64,000 nt of DNA, taken from contig JBBDYJ010000041.1 of NCBI GenBank assembly GCA_040901675.1, positions 152,734-216,733 of the forward strand. Reading direction: 5' to 3'. A program made the position numbers and the translations under genes. This stretch comes from Pirellulales bacterium. GTDB taxonomy: Bacteria > Planctomycetota > Planctomycetia > Pirellulales > JAICIG01. The notes below the pieces were generated by a model. That model searched no databases, was not told where the DNA came from, and saw only the letters and a program-made list of their open reading frames with translations. This document shows positions 44,336 to 53,430 of the stretch, one piece after another; position 1 is the stretch's first letter; each line of letters starts with the position of its first letter.

Positions 44336-44796
44336 AGGGCGAAGAGGATGGGCACACGAACGGGCCAGGGCATTACGGAACCAGTTGGGTCCAATTCGCA
44401 GCCTTCGAATGTCGGCCGCTCAAATTGGGCGAGAGCAAATACAACCGAGAGAACGGAAGTAAGGATCAACAGAGTCAGCAGCCTGACTTGCAATCGATTC
44501 TTCGATCGGATCCATTTCTCCAACACGAAGACCACAGCGGAGCTGGCGGCGAGCTGAATGGCCAGGCTCAAGGCTCGGCAGTTCCACCACGGGCGATGCC
44601 ATGGGCCAAACCACCACTCTTGTAGGTTGTAGTGGGTGAAAGGCCATCCATAGACCGTTGTGGACACGGTCATGCCTGTCGAGTAGACATGAACGCGCTT
44701 TCCACCGCCGCATTCAGACCACGCCAATGCTGCACCCACGATGCATAGTCCAAGCAAGGTCCCCCAATGCAATCGGTACCACCTTCGATCAGCCAT
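44251..44796 (-). CDS. Hypothetical membrane protein
   Basis: MADRRWYRLHWGT..., YGWPF motif, about four hydrophobic segments; TGGTATCAT 6 nt upstream of ATG. Confidence 0.65.
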   Translation of the reverse strand: MADRRWYRLHWGTLLGLCIVGAALAWSECGGGKRVHVYSTGMTVSTTVYGWPFTHYNLQEWWFGPWHRPWWNCRALSLAIQLAASSAVVFVLEKWIRSKNRLQVRLLTLLILTSVLSVVFALAQFERPTFEGCELDPTGSVMPWPVRVPILFALACTIYAAGWLVVRLALRLYSLAFRSPR

Positions 44797-45092
44797 CCGC
44801 GTATGATACCAAAGAGAACAGCGGCGTTCCACACGTTGGCCCGTGTCGCGGACGGCGGGGACGGTGGCCCAACGGGGCCAACCAACGTGAACGAGGCCAC
44901 GTGCGGGTGTCGTGGGCAACGTCGGGCCGGAAGGGCGGACTACCGGACTGCCCGGCGCCGGGGAGCGTCCGCGACGACCAAGGCCTACGCGGGGCGGCGC
45001 ACGGCCAGCGAGTACAAGCTGCGGGCAAGGCGGGCGACGAGCCAGCCGGCGGTGTAGAACAAGGAACAGGGCTATCCCATGCCACCCAATTC

Positions 45093-45691
45093 GGTAGTGG
45101 GTCAGTTTCAAACTCACCCACTACTTTTACTTCTTGGTTGACATCACGCCGACACGCCAGAGTTCAATGTCTTTCCATTGCCGATCCAGCCCTTCGCACG
45201 GGCGAACCAAGAAAACAAGAGAAAGATCGCCGCCAAGACAATCACCAGGGAGGGCATGATCGCCCCTTCTGCTCCCATGACTTGCAGACCGCCGGCTATG
45301 ACCATGGTGTAAACCATTTGAATCAGTACGGCGACAAGGGAAATCGCCAGCAACAAAACGGACCAGCCTTTTCGCAAAAAGAGCCCGACACTCCCCGCGA
45401 CTCCCGCTAACACAGCCACGCCGTAGACGAAATAGATCCAGCCGGAAATGGATCGTGCCCACTCTTTTTGAGGCTCGGTGAATGACTCCATCATCGCCTC
45501 TTGCGCGAAGAGTTCCATGGCCAGTGCGGCGCATCCCATCAGGTTCCAGAGCACTGCGACCGTCGCAATTACCCAGTACCAGACTGGGACCGATAGTTTG
45601 GGTGATTGATTCATGATTCGCATTCCTGAATTTTCGACGGCCCAAGCATTCTAAGCGAAGGCCGCGCACGATGCCAAACTGACCCACTACC
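45093..45691. mobile_element. Non-autonomous mobile insertion cassette with IS1-like ends
   Basis: 16-bp perfect IR GGTAGTGGGTCAGTTT; 8-bp TSD CCCAATTC at 45085-45092 and 45692-45699. Confidence 0.88.
45144..45623 (-). CDS. Four-TM membrane protein, cassette passenger
   Basis: PVWYWVIATVAVLWNLMG, GLFLRKGW; fills the cassette. Confidence 0.75.
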   Translation of the reverse strand: MRIMNQSPKLSVPVWYWVIATVAVLWNLMGCAALAMELFAQEAMMESFTEPQKEWARSISGWIYFVYGVAVLAGVAGSVGLFLRKGWSVLLLAISLVAVLIQMVYTMVIAGGLQVMGAEGAIMPSLVIVLAAIFLLFSWFARAKGWIGNGKTLNSGVSA

Positions 45692-45859
45692 CCCAATTCA
45701 ACGATACCACTTTCGCTCGGCCGAGTATGATACCAGAGAGAACGACCGCCGCGACATTCCCGAGGTTGCCGCGTGCCGCGTCGATGGCGAGGAACGAACC
45801 CGTGTACGAACGCGACGCCAGCGCAACGCACGCGGCCACGTAGGCCCTGGGGAGGCCAT

Positions 45860-45907
45860 AGGTACTTCCGGGCGAATGGCGGTTTGCTCGGGGCGGCGAG
45901 CCCCGGA
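45860..45907 (+). other. Lambda-like cos (cosQ-cosN) site
   Basis: AGGTACT-24 nt-GGGCGGCGAGCC just upstream of the terminase remnant. Confidence 0.5.
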
Positions 45908-45949
45908 ATTTGTACAGGCCCAGCGCTAATTTTCCGCGGTAAGTAAGCG

Positions 45950-46459
45950 GTGACAAGGATGCCCCCCACCACGCAGAAAAACCCGGGCGCCACGGCGAAT
46001 CTCGACCGCAAGGAGGCCGCCGCCGCTGGGCCGTATCGGGTACACCTGTTCGAGATCGACGCCGATCACTGGAAGACGTGGGTACACCAGCGGCTCGAGA
46101 CGCCCCTGGACCAGCCGGGCAGCATGAGCTTCTACAAGGCGCCGCCCCAGGAGCACATGTCGCTGATCAAGCACCTGACGGCCGAGACCAAGACCGAGGA
46201 GTTCATTGCCGGCAAAGGCGTGGTGACCCGCTGGGAGCGGGTCCGCAAGGCGAACCACTGGTTCGACGCGCTCTACAACGCCTCCGCAGCCGGCCATTAC
46301 TGCGGCGTGCGGCTGCCGGGCCAGGAGCCGCCGCCGCGGAGAAAGCACGTTGCGCTGGCCGACATGGCTCAGAGGGCGGCGGCAACGCGGCCCGATGGCC
46401 GGCCGTGGGTCGATACCGACTGGTGGCGGGAGATGCGGGCGAGGCAGATGGGGGGCTGA
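45950..46459 (+). pseudogene. Phage terminase large subunit (GpA-type) C-terminal fragment
   Basis: IDADHWKTWVHQRL, HLTAE, RWERVRKANHWFDALYNA; ATPase domain missing. Confidence 0.72.
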
Positions 46460-46510
46460 ACCGGATTCGAATCATCCGACTGCCCGTGCGCTATGCCGGC
46501 AAAGATGCCG

Positions 46511-47206
46511 TCAATCCCACTCTAACTCTGAGGGTTCGGAATCGAAGAGAACTAAGATGCGGATGCCAGGTAGGGCTTTGGTCATTCCCTCCCAACCACC
46601 GGCTGTTCTTAGCTGCTCCGCTGAAATATACAACTCCCGTAGCTTCGGCATCTTGAGCAGGTGAGTCAAGCCCCTTGCCGTCACTCGCGTCTCACCAACA
46701 TTGAGCCACTCTAGATTGGGCAGTCGAAGGATGTCGTCGAGGCAGGCATCGGATATGGCTGTTTTCTGCAGGTCGAGTATTCGAAGCGTCTTGATGTGCG
46801 CAAGCTGAGAAATGCCTTTGTCCGTTATCGGCTGGTGAGTAAGCCAAACCTGCTCGAGTTTGGGAAATTCGAGGAGGTAATCCAAATCGGGATCGGTCAA
46901 ATTGTTCTCAGGATACATTAGATCGACGGCAACTACCGTGTCGAAGTAATGGTCACCGAGCAACTTGCGTAGCCGAGCCGATTTCCGAGCTTCAACCTCT
47001 CGATTCAGTTCCACCTCCGTCCATCCGCGCCGCCACTTCCAATCGTAATGCACTTTGCCGCCCAACCTTTCAATAGCAGCCACTGCTCGGCGCTGTTGTT
47101 CGGCCCGGTTCACTTGCACGCCAAGCCAAAGGCCGAAGACGGTCACCAAGCCCAGCATCGAGCGAAGGCTATATCGCAACCAACGGCGGGGGGTCGGTGT
47201 GGCCAT
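46511..47206 (-). CDS. Membrane-anchored leucine-rich repeat protein
   Basis: RYSLRSMLGLVT anchor, QRRAVAAIERLGG, LRRs. Confidence 0.82.
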   Translation of the reverse strand: MATPTPRRWLRYSLRSMLGLVTVFGLWLGVQVNRAEQQRRAVAAIERLGGKVHYDWKWRRGWTEVELNREVEARKSARLRKLLGDHYFDTVVAVDLMYPENNLTDPDLDYLLEFPKLEQVWLTHQPITDKGISQLAHIKTLRILDLQKTAISDACLDDILRLPNLEWLNVGETRVTARGLTHLLKMPKLRELYISAEQLRTAGGWEGMTKALPGIRILVLFDSEPSELEWD

Positions 47207-47325
47207 GCATCCATGATACCAAGACGGCCGCGGATTTACGTAGCTCGCCATGGTTGGCGGCGGCGTCTTGACCGCATTGGCAGGACCCCGGGCCGGCATG
47301 CGGGCCTCGGACGCGCGGTTGGAGG

Positions 47326-47742
47326 TCATCGTGGTGCTTCCGGCAACAGGAAGAATACTCCATCGACGTTTTCCGGCTCCCGGAACGTAGAGGGCCGCTG
47401 GCCTGTCATTTCATAGCCGGGTGCCGCCGCACCCATTAGAAATCCCGACTGGTCGCGTGCTACGCGGAGGGTTACCAGTCCGTGGGCATCCGTCCGGCCC
47501 GTGTCGCCTCTTGGCAAAAGGAACTCGAGCCATCTAGGCAAAGAAAGGCTTACCGGCTCAATGGCTACTTCCGCACCCTCCACAGGTTGAAGTGTGTCAG
47601 CATCAACAACCATGTACGTCTTGTTGTCGTATCGATGGCTCAGGCGCACCAGGCAGAGCGCGGCAATGGCGAGCAAGGCCAACACAAGGGCGACATACGC
47701 GAAGAATCGCATTGTGCCGGCTAATGCTGTGCGGATCCGCAT
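47326..47742 (-). CDS. Membrane-anchored hypothetical protein (carboxypeptidase-regulatory-like domain)
   Basis: VVDADTLQPVEGAEV, TDAHG, APGY. Confidence 0.6.
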   Translation of the reverse strand: MRIRTALAGTMRFFAYVALVLALLAIAALCLVRLSHRYDNKTYMVVDADTLQPVEGAEVAIEPVSLSLPRWLEFLLPRGDTGRTDAHGLVTLRVARDQSGFLMGAAAPGYEMTGQRPSTFREPENVDGVFFLLPEAPR

Positions 47743-48391
47743 TGCTCGTCCCAGCCCGCATAAACTGAATCGGCCGAGGGATGGATTTGAGCCACGACCA
47801 ACTACGGCACATCGGTCTTAAGGTGTTCGAGGCCCTCCAGCGTTTTGCAAATTCGACCGCGCCGGAATCCGCCGGTCAAGCAGTAGCCGCTTGTCGCCAT
47901 TGTCCTGCGCCGAGATGATCCAATAGCCAGTGGCACCCGCGTCGGCACAATCGCGGGCTACCGCAATCGCCGCGCTGAGGAAAGCCCGTCGGACAGCTCC
48001 GCCCGATGTGGTGTTGGCTGGCTGCCGCGTCTTGCCCGCGCCGCCTCCCGGGTGTCGAGACGCGTGAAACGCCACGTTTGCGCCGTGTCGCGACGGTGCG
48101 GGCGGTTGGCCCCCGTGCCCACCGCACAACGAGGCCCCGCGTGGGGGGCTCGTGGGCGACCTGGTGGCCAAAGGCGGCTAGCCGACTCTCGCCCGCAGGC
48201 GTTGCGGCGAGCGGATCGTGATCCGCCGCCCGGTCGCCTCGTTGACCGCGTAGATCACGGTCCGCCACGCGTCGCGACGCGAGCACGAGGAGACCGCCAG
48301 CCAGGCCAGGCCCGGTGAGGTCTTGTTTGTCCAGGTTTACGCGAGCGAGGTGGACGGCCAAGTATACGCATTGTCTCCGCCGCAGGCGGAT

Positions 48392-48482
48392 TGGTGCTTG
48401 GTACTTGGGACGCCCCGGCGCGCCGGGATTCGCGACCCCCGCTTGCGCGTCCAAAGCTCCAAGGTCCAAGTACCAAGCACCA
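48392..48482. repeat. 17-bp perfect inverted repeat directly 3' of tRNA-Leu
   Basis: TGGTGCTTGGTACTTGG (48392-48408) and CCAAGTACCAAGCACCA (48466-48482). Confidence 0.8.
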
Positions 48483-48483
48483 G

Positions 48484-48566
48484 TACCGGAGGTGGGACTT
48501 GAACCCACACGCCCTTGCGGGCACTGGATTTTGAGTCCAGCGCGTCTGCCATTCCGCCACTCCGGC
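48484..48566 (-). tRNA. tRNA-Leu(CAA)
   Basis: GCCGGAG/CTCCGGT acceptor stem, CTGGA-CTCAAAA-TCCAG anticodon arm, long variable arm, GGTTCAAGTCC T-arm; CCA not encoded. Confidence 0.97.
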
Positions 48567-48596
48567 TGTGCAACTCGCTCTCAAAGTTTTCGGCAT

Positions 48597-49394
48597 TTAC
48601 GACCCACCGTCAAGGGCCTCGACTTCTTCGCCCTTGCCGCGTATCGGCCCGGCCCATGGCGCCTCCAGCGGTAGAATCAGCTTGATGCCCGCAATCACCA
48701 GCACCACCGCCAGCAATCGCCGTAGCGCGGGGCTGCCCAGACGCCGGCTGCCCAACTCCGAACCGATCAAACCACCCAGCACCGCCGCGATGGCCCAAGT
48801 GACCATCGCATCGGGCAGCCCCGCCGACTGCGTCAGCACGCCCAGCACGCCGGCAACCGAGTTGACCAGCACGAACGCCGCCGATACCCCCGAAGCTTGT
48901 CGCACGTCCGCCCAGCCCATCAGAATCAACAGCGGCCCAAGGAAGATCCCGCCGCCGGTCCCCGTCAAACCGGACAGCAAACCGATCCCCGCGCCCAACA
49001 ACAGCGACACCCAAACCGCGATCCCCCTCGTCGTCGCTTGCACCGGCCGGCCCATAAGACGCCAGGCCGCGAACAACAGCGCCAGGCCCACTATCGGCTT
49101 GTACAAAGCGCCGGGCAACGCCAGCGTCCCGCCCAGAAACGCCAGCGGGACCGACGCCACCGCAAATGGCCAGAAGATCGGCCAGCAGAAGTAGCCGGCC
49201 CGGTAGAATCGAACGCTGGCGATGCTCGCCACCAGGATGTTCAAGATCAAGGCTGCCGGCCGCATCGTCTCGGGAGCCACGCCGAACAGCGCCATGGCCG
49301 CCAGGTAGCCCGATGCCCCCGCATGCCCTACCGATGAATACAGCAGCGCCGCCGCGAAGATGCAAAGCGTCAGTGCCAGCTCGGACATGCCCAT
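48597..49394 (-). CDS. Sulfite exporter TauE/SafE family protein
   Basis: LYSSVGHAGASGY, GLLSGLTGTGGGIFL. Confidence 0.9.
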   Translation of the reverse strand: MGMSELALTLCIFAAALLYSSVGHAGASGYLAAMALFGVAPETMRPAALILNILVASIASVRFYRAGYFCWPIFWPFAVASVPLAFLGGTLALPGALYKPIVGLALLFAAWRLMGRPVQATTRGIAVWVSLLLGAGIGLLSGLTGTGGGIFLGPLLILMGWADVRQASGVSAAFVLVNSVAGVLGVLTQSAGLPDAMVTWAIAAVLGGLIGSELGSRRLGSPALRRLLAVVLVIAGIKLILPLEAPWAGPIRGKGEEVEALDGGS

Positions 49395-49615
49395 GGCAGG
49401 CCGCATTGTAACGAAGCCGCGGTAAACCCACGACGCGCTGGGGTCCATATTCCAAGCTTTGGCGTGCAGCAGCCAGTACCGCTGGCAGTCCAACGGTTTA
49501 CGGCAATTCCCCACCGCGCCTCGTCCGTGCGTTAGAATCCGGAGTCCGGTAACAGGGCAGATTCGCCGATAATCGGACGCTTGGCAAACGGGCGGCGAGG
49601 AGGCAAGCTACTGCG

Positions 49616-49930
49616 ATGCACAGTGAAGTCCGCCGGCGGATCGAGCAACTGGCCGATGATGACGGCGCGGTTCGCCAGCAGGCGGCCGCGGCACTAGGCG
49701 AAATGGCAGAAAAGGCTGCCGCGGCAGTGCCCGCGCTGATCAAGGCCCTGGGCGACCGCTCGGCCGGCGTCCGCCGCCGGGCGGCCGTGGCCTTGGGGCA
49801 GCTCGGCCCGCGGGCCCGCGAAGCCCTGCCCGCCCTGACCAGGGCACAGAACGACCCGATCCACACCGTCCGCGGCGCCGCCTGGGACGCGCTGGCCAAG
49901 GTCCGCGCTTCAACCCCACCCGACGATTGA
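49616..49930 (+). CDS. HEAT-repeat protein
   Basis: VRQQAAAALG, AVPALIKALGD, VRRRAAVALG. Confidence 0.85.
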   Translation: MHSEVRRRIEQLADDDGAVRQQAAAALGEMAEKAAAAVPALIKALGDRSAGVRRRAAVALGQLGPRAREALPALTRAQNDPIHTVRGAAWDALAKVRASTPPDD

Positions 49931-49959
49931 ACGAAACGGATGGGCTGTAGGCTGTAGAA

Positions 49960-50047
49960 GTCATTGGTCATTGGTGTCTTTGGTCACTGGTGTCACTGGT
50001 CGCTCGTCACAAATGACAAATGACAAATGACAAATGACAAATGACAA
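49960..50047. repeat. Opposed heptamer arrays (GTCATTG)n / (CAAATGA)n between convergent genes
   Basis: Five ACAAATG copies at 50009-50043, roughly complementary to upstream GTCATTG units. Confidence 0.8.
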
Positions 50048-50051
50048 GGGC

Positions 50052-50810
50052 TCACTCTTCCCAGCCGGCGCCGCTCCAGCCAACGACCCGCTCCAGGAAG
50101 GCGGCCACGTCGTCGGAAAAAACGCGGAACAGCGTCTCGCCCTTCTCGGCGGTGGCGGCGGCCGGGTTGCCGATATGACCCGGCTCGCTGCGGTCCTTCG
50201 TGATCCAGCCCCGCGTGGCGGGCTCGAAGGCCGTGCCGAACTCCACCGGCTCGATGCCCCGCAAATCGCCCACCAGGTGCGGCGCCAGCCGCAGAATCAT
50301 CGAAGTCTCCCACTCGCAGGCGTGTCCCATCCGCTGTTGGCCGATGCTCCGATCAACCTCGTGAGGCTTGCCCCCCAGCGTCCAGTAGGTGGCGAACAGC
50401 AGCAGCAGGTCCTCGCGCTGCCGGTGCCGCTGACGCACTTCGAACACCGCCTGCTGGCCCGGCACGATGTTGCCGCCGTGCCCGTTCACGATTACCAGCC
50501 GGCGGAAGCCGTGCGCCAGCAGGTTCTCCAGCAGCTCGCCCAACAGGTCCAGGTAGCTCCGGGGGCGGGCTGACAGCGTCCCGGCAAAATCGAGATGGTG
50601 ATCGGAGTTGCCCAGCCACATCAGCGGGGCGAACAGCACGCGGCCGGCCAGTCGCTCGGACACCCGCCGCACCACCTCGCCCAGCAGCATGCTGTCGGTG
50701 AACACCGGCAGATGCCGCCCATGCTGCTCCAGCGCCGCCACCGGCATCACCACCGGCACGTCCTTGGACAACTCGGCCACCTGCGGCCATTTCATTTCCG
50801 CAAGCTGCAC
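50052..50810 (-). CDS. Creatininase family protein
   Basis: EQHGRHLPVFTD, NGHGGN, HACEWETS. Confidence 0.92.
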   Translation of the reverse strand: MQLAEMKWPQVAELSKDVPVVMPVAALEQHGRHLPVFTDSMLLGEVVRRVSERLAGRVLFAPLMWLGNSDHHLDFAGTLSARPRSYLDLLGELLENLLAHGFRRLVIVNGHGGNIVPGQQAVFEVRQRHRQREDLLLLFATYWTLGGKPHEVDRSIGQQRMGHACEWETSMILRLAPHLVGDLRGIEPVEFGTAFEPATRGWITKDRSEPGHIGNPAAATAEKGETLFRVFSDDVAAFLERVVGWSGAGWEE

Positions 50811-50941
50811 GGCAACCTCCGCGGTTCAGGCTCGATCCCCTTGAATTGTTAAAAGTGAAGCATAGTCTGACGCGGCCGCGGCCGTACAACAAGTTGCCGC
50901 AAGTCGCCGTGTACACGCCGTATGCCGCGGCCGGCCGGTGG

Positions 50942-50963
50942 ACGGCACGCGGAGCGTGCCTAC
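50942..50963 (-). repeat. GTAG-type REP (GTAGGCACGCTCCGCGTGCCGT)
   Basis: GTAG plus GGCACGC/GCGTGCC hairpin, intergenic. Confidence 0.65.
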
Positions 50964-51028
50964 TGCTTTTACCCTTTCGCCCCCAACCGGCGTTGACCGC
51001 CTGCCACAGGCTGCCCTAAGGTTACACC

Positions 51029-52324
51029 ATGACAATCGTGCTCTTCGAGGACGACAAGGTGACACAGCTTTATCCGGTCACCGTCGGCCGCCCCGCTTTC
51101 AACATTGGCTGTGGCTCGTACCGCCTCCTCGACCTGGTGGCCGGCCTGGGACACTCGGTGCGGGTTCAGGTCAGGCCGCATTTGCGGCAACTGGCCGAGC
51201 AGGACCAGCTCGGGTCGACGTTGCAGGCGGTATCGGCCGCCGATCGCGTCGCCCTGCTCAACGGCCGGCTGGTCCCCTCGGTGTCGGCCATCGACGAGGT
51301 GAAACGCCTGCTCGACGCCGGCAGGCCGGGCCTGGTTTACGCCGCCGGCCCGGCGGCAGGCGACAAGTCCTCGCGCGCCCATGCAGGGGCAACGGCGCTG
51401 GACGAAGTGGCCCTGGCGCTGCTGCCCGCCGGCACGCCGCCTCCCCCGGACGACGCCACGCCCCGGCAATTGGCCGAGTATCTGCACGCACCGCCGCTGG
51501 ATCCCCTCGAAGCCCGTCCGCTGGCCCTCTTCGACTATCCGCACGACATCATCCGGCATCACCTGGCGATCCTGGTAGCCAACCTGGAGCACCGGCTGGC
51601 CACGGGCAACTATCAAGAGCTGGCCGATGGAGTCTTTGCCGGCGCGGAAGCCCGCTTGGGCCAGTACGTCGTCACCGACACCCGCAACGGGCCGATCGTG
51701 CTCGAAGAGCGGGCCTCGATCGGCCCGCACTGCTTTCTGAGCGGCCCGGCCCACGTGGGGGCCGCCGCCCGGGTCATCGAGCACGCCGCCATCAAAGACT
51801 CGGTGGCCCTGGGGCACACGACCAAGATCGGCGGCGAGGTCGAAGGCTCGGTCATCGAGCCGTACACCAACAAGCAGCACCATGGCTTCCTGGGGCACAG
51901 CTACCTGGGCAGTTGGATCAACCTGGGGGCCGGCACCTGCAACAGCGACTTGAAGAACACCTATGGGCAGGTCAACATGGAGTACAACGGCCGCAAAGTG
52001 CCCACGGCCATGCAGTTTTTGGGCTGTATCGTGGGCGACTATGCCAAGACGGCCATCAACACCGGCATTTTTACGGGAAAGACAATCGGCACGTGCAGCA
52101 TGGTGTATGGGTTCGTGACGACCAACGTGCCCAGCTTCACCAACTATGCCCGCTCCTTCGGCCAAGTGACCGAAGCCCCGGTCGAGGTGATGGTGGCCAC
52201 CCAGGCCCGCATGTTCGCCCGCCGCAACGTCGAGCAACGCCCCTGCGACGTGCAGCTCTTGCACGACATGTACGAGATCACCCGCCACGAGCGGCGGATA
52301 GCCGGCGAGCCGCTGTCTCTCTAA
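51029..52324 (+). CDS. GlmU-like sugar nucleotidyltransferase / hexapeptide-repeat protein
   Basis: IVLFED..LYP, KIGGEVE, NKQHHGFLGHSYLGSWINLGAGT.NSDLKN. Confidence 0.85.
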   Translation: MTIVLFEDDKVTQLYPVTVGRPAFNIGCGSYRLLDLVAGLGHSVRVQVRPHLRQLAEQDQLGSTLQAVSAADRVALLNGRLVPSVSAIDEVKRLLDAGRPGLVYAAGPAAGDKSSRAHAGATALDEVALALLPAGTPPPPDDATPRQLAEYLHAPPLDPLEARPLALFDYPHDIIRHHLAILVANLEHRLATGNYQELADGVFAGAEARLGQYVVTDTRNGPIVLEERASIGPHCFLSGPAHVGAAARVIEHAAIKDSVALGHTTKIGGEVEGSVIEPYTNKQHHGFLGHSYLGSWINLGAGTCNSDLKNTYGQVNMEYNGRKVPTAMQFLGCIVGDYAKTAINTGIFTGKTIGTCSMVYGFVTTNVPSFTNYARSFGQVTEAPVEVMVATQARMFARRNVEQRPCDVQLLHDMYEITRHERRIAGEPLSL

Positions 52325-52365
52325 TCAACTTGTCGCTGTAGTCAAGCACTCCCTCCGACCCCTTC

Positions 52366-53247
52366 ATGAAAGTTTCCGCCGCCTACGGCACCAATAAGTT
52401 CGGCCTGTCGTTCGAGCTGTTCCCTCCCAAAACCGTGGCCGGCGAGGAGGAGCTGTTCAGGCATCTGGTGGAGCTGGCTGGTTTCGAGCCGGCCTTCATC
52501 ACTTGCACCTACGGGGCCGGCGGTTCCACGCGCCACAAGACGCTGGAGATCGTGACCCGCGTCCGCGAGCGGTTCGGCTGCCCCGTGGCCTCGCACCTGA
52601 CCTGCGTCGGCTCGACCGCCGACGACCTGCGGGCCTACCTGCGCGAGGCGCACGGCCGGGGAATCCAGAACATCGTGGCGCTGCGGGGCGACCCCCCCAA
52701 AGGCGAGAACCAGTTCAAGCCGGTGCCCGGCGGACTCTGCTATGCCAACGAGCTGGTCGGCCTGATCCGGGGCGAGTTTCCCCAGTTCGGCGTGGCCGTG
52801 GCCGGCTATCCGGAAAAGCACCAGGAAGCCCCCAGCGAGCAGGCCGACCTCGAAAACCTCAAGCGCAAGGTCGACGCCGGCGCCGACGTCGTGATTACGC
52901 AGCTCTTCTACGCCAACGCCGACTTCTTCCGCTTTCGCGACCGCTGCCAGGCCCTCGGCATCCGCGTGCCGATCGTCCCCGGCTTGCTGCCGGTGACCAA
53001 CCTGGCCCAGATCCGCCGCATCACTTCGCTGTGCGGCGCCCGGCTGCCGGCCACGTTCGTAAGCGACCTGGAGGCGAGCGACAATCCGGACGAACAGTTC
53101 GAGGTGGGAGTCGAGTTCGCCACGCGGCAAGTCCAGGAGCTGATCGACCGGGGCGTGCCGGGAATCCACTTCTACGTCTTAAACAAGTCGCAGGCCACCG
53201 CCCGCGTCCTGCGCTCCCTGCGGCCCGCCACGCCCCCCAACCCCTGA
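52366..53247 (+). CDS. metF: 5,10-methylenetetrahydrofolate reductase
   Basis: SFELFPPK, TYGAGGS, HLTC, ALRGDPP, AGYPEKH, ITQLF, HFYVLN. Confidence 0.96.
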   Translation: MKVSAAYGTNKFGLSFELFPPKTVAGEEELFRHLVELAGFEPAFITCTYGAGGSTRHKTLEIVTRVRERFGCPVASHLTCVGSTADDLRAYLREAHGRGIQNIVALRGDPPKGENQFKPVPGGLCYANELVGLIRGEFPQFGVAVAGYPEKHQEAPSEQADLENLKRKVDAGADVVITQLFYANADFFRFRDRCQALGIRVPIVPGLLPVTNLAQIRRITSLCGARLPATFVSDLEASDNPDEQFEVGVEFATRQVQELIDRGVPGIHFYVLNKSQATARVLRSLRPATPPNP

Positions 53248-53285
53248 CCTCTGACTTCTGACCTCTGACCTCTGCCTTCTGCCTC
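53244..53285. repeat. (TCTGACC)n heptamer array
   Basis: Same unit as 5676-5725, on the opposite strand. Confidence 0.75.
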
Positions 53286-53430
53286 CTCGTCTTCGTCTCC
53301 CCCCTTCCCCCCTTCCTCTCATCCTCTCCCTATTTCGGCCTTCCTCCCTACCAGCGGCACGCTATCATTATTTGGGTCCTCTTAAGCGACTTTTTTGAGT
53401 GCCACCCCGGCCCGGGCCGATCTGAGAAAA

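Larger units (their letters stand above)
44985..45735 (-). pseudogene. Internally deleted paralog of 44251-44796, interrupted by the cassette at 45093-45691
   Basis: 5' AERKWYR (~45700-45722) and 3' FYTAGWLVARLARSLYSLAVRRPA* match the ends of the neighbouring gene. Confidence 0.65.
41064..48535. mobile_element. Genomic island / decayed prophage integrated in tRNA-Leu(CAA)
   Basis: Bounded by 54-bp direct repeats; ParB-like and terminase fragments inside; no integrase recognised. Confidence 0.85.

Noticed and set aside
47800..48480. Island integrase next to the tRNA
   Set aside because: No tyrosine- or serine-recombinase motifs recognised; only a short phage-like peptide remnant (AVNEATGRRITIRSPQRLR)
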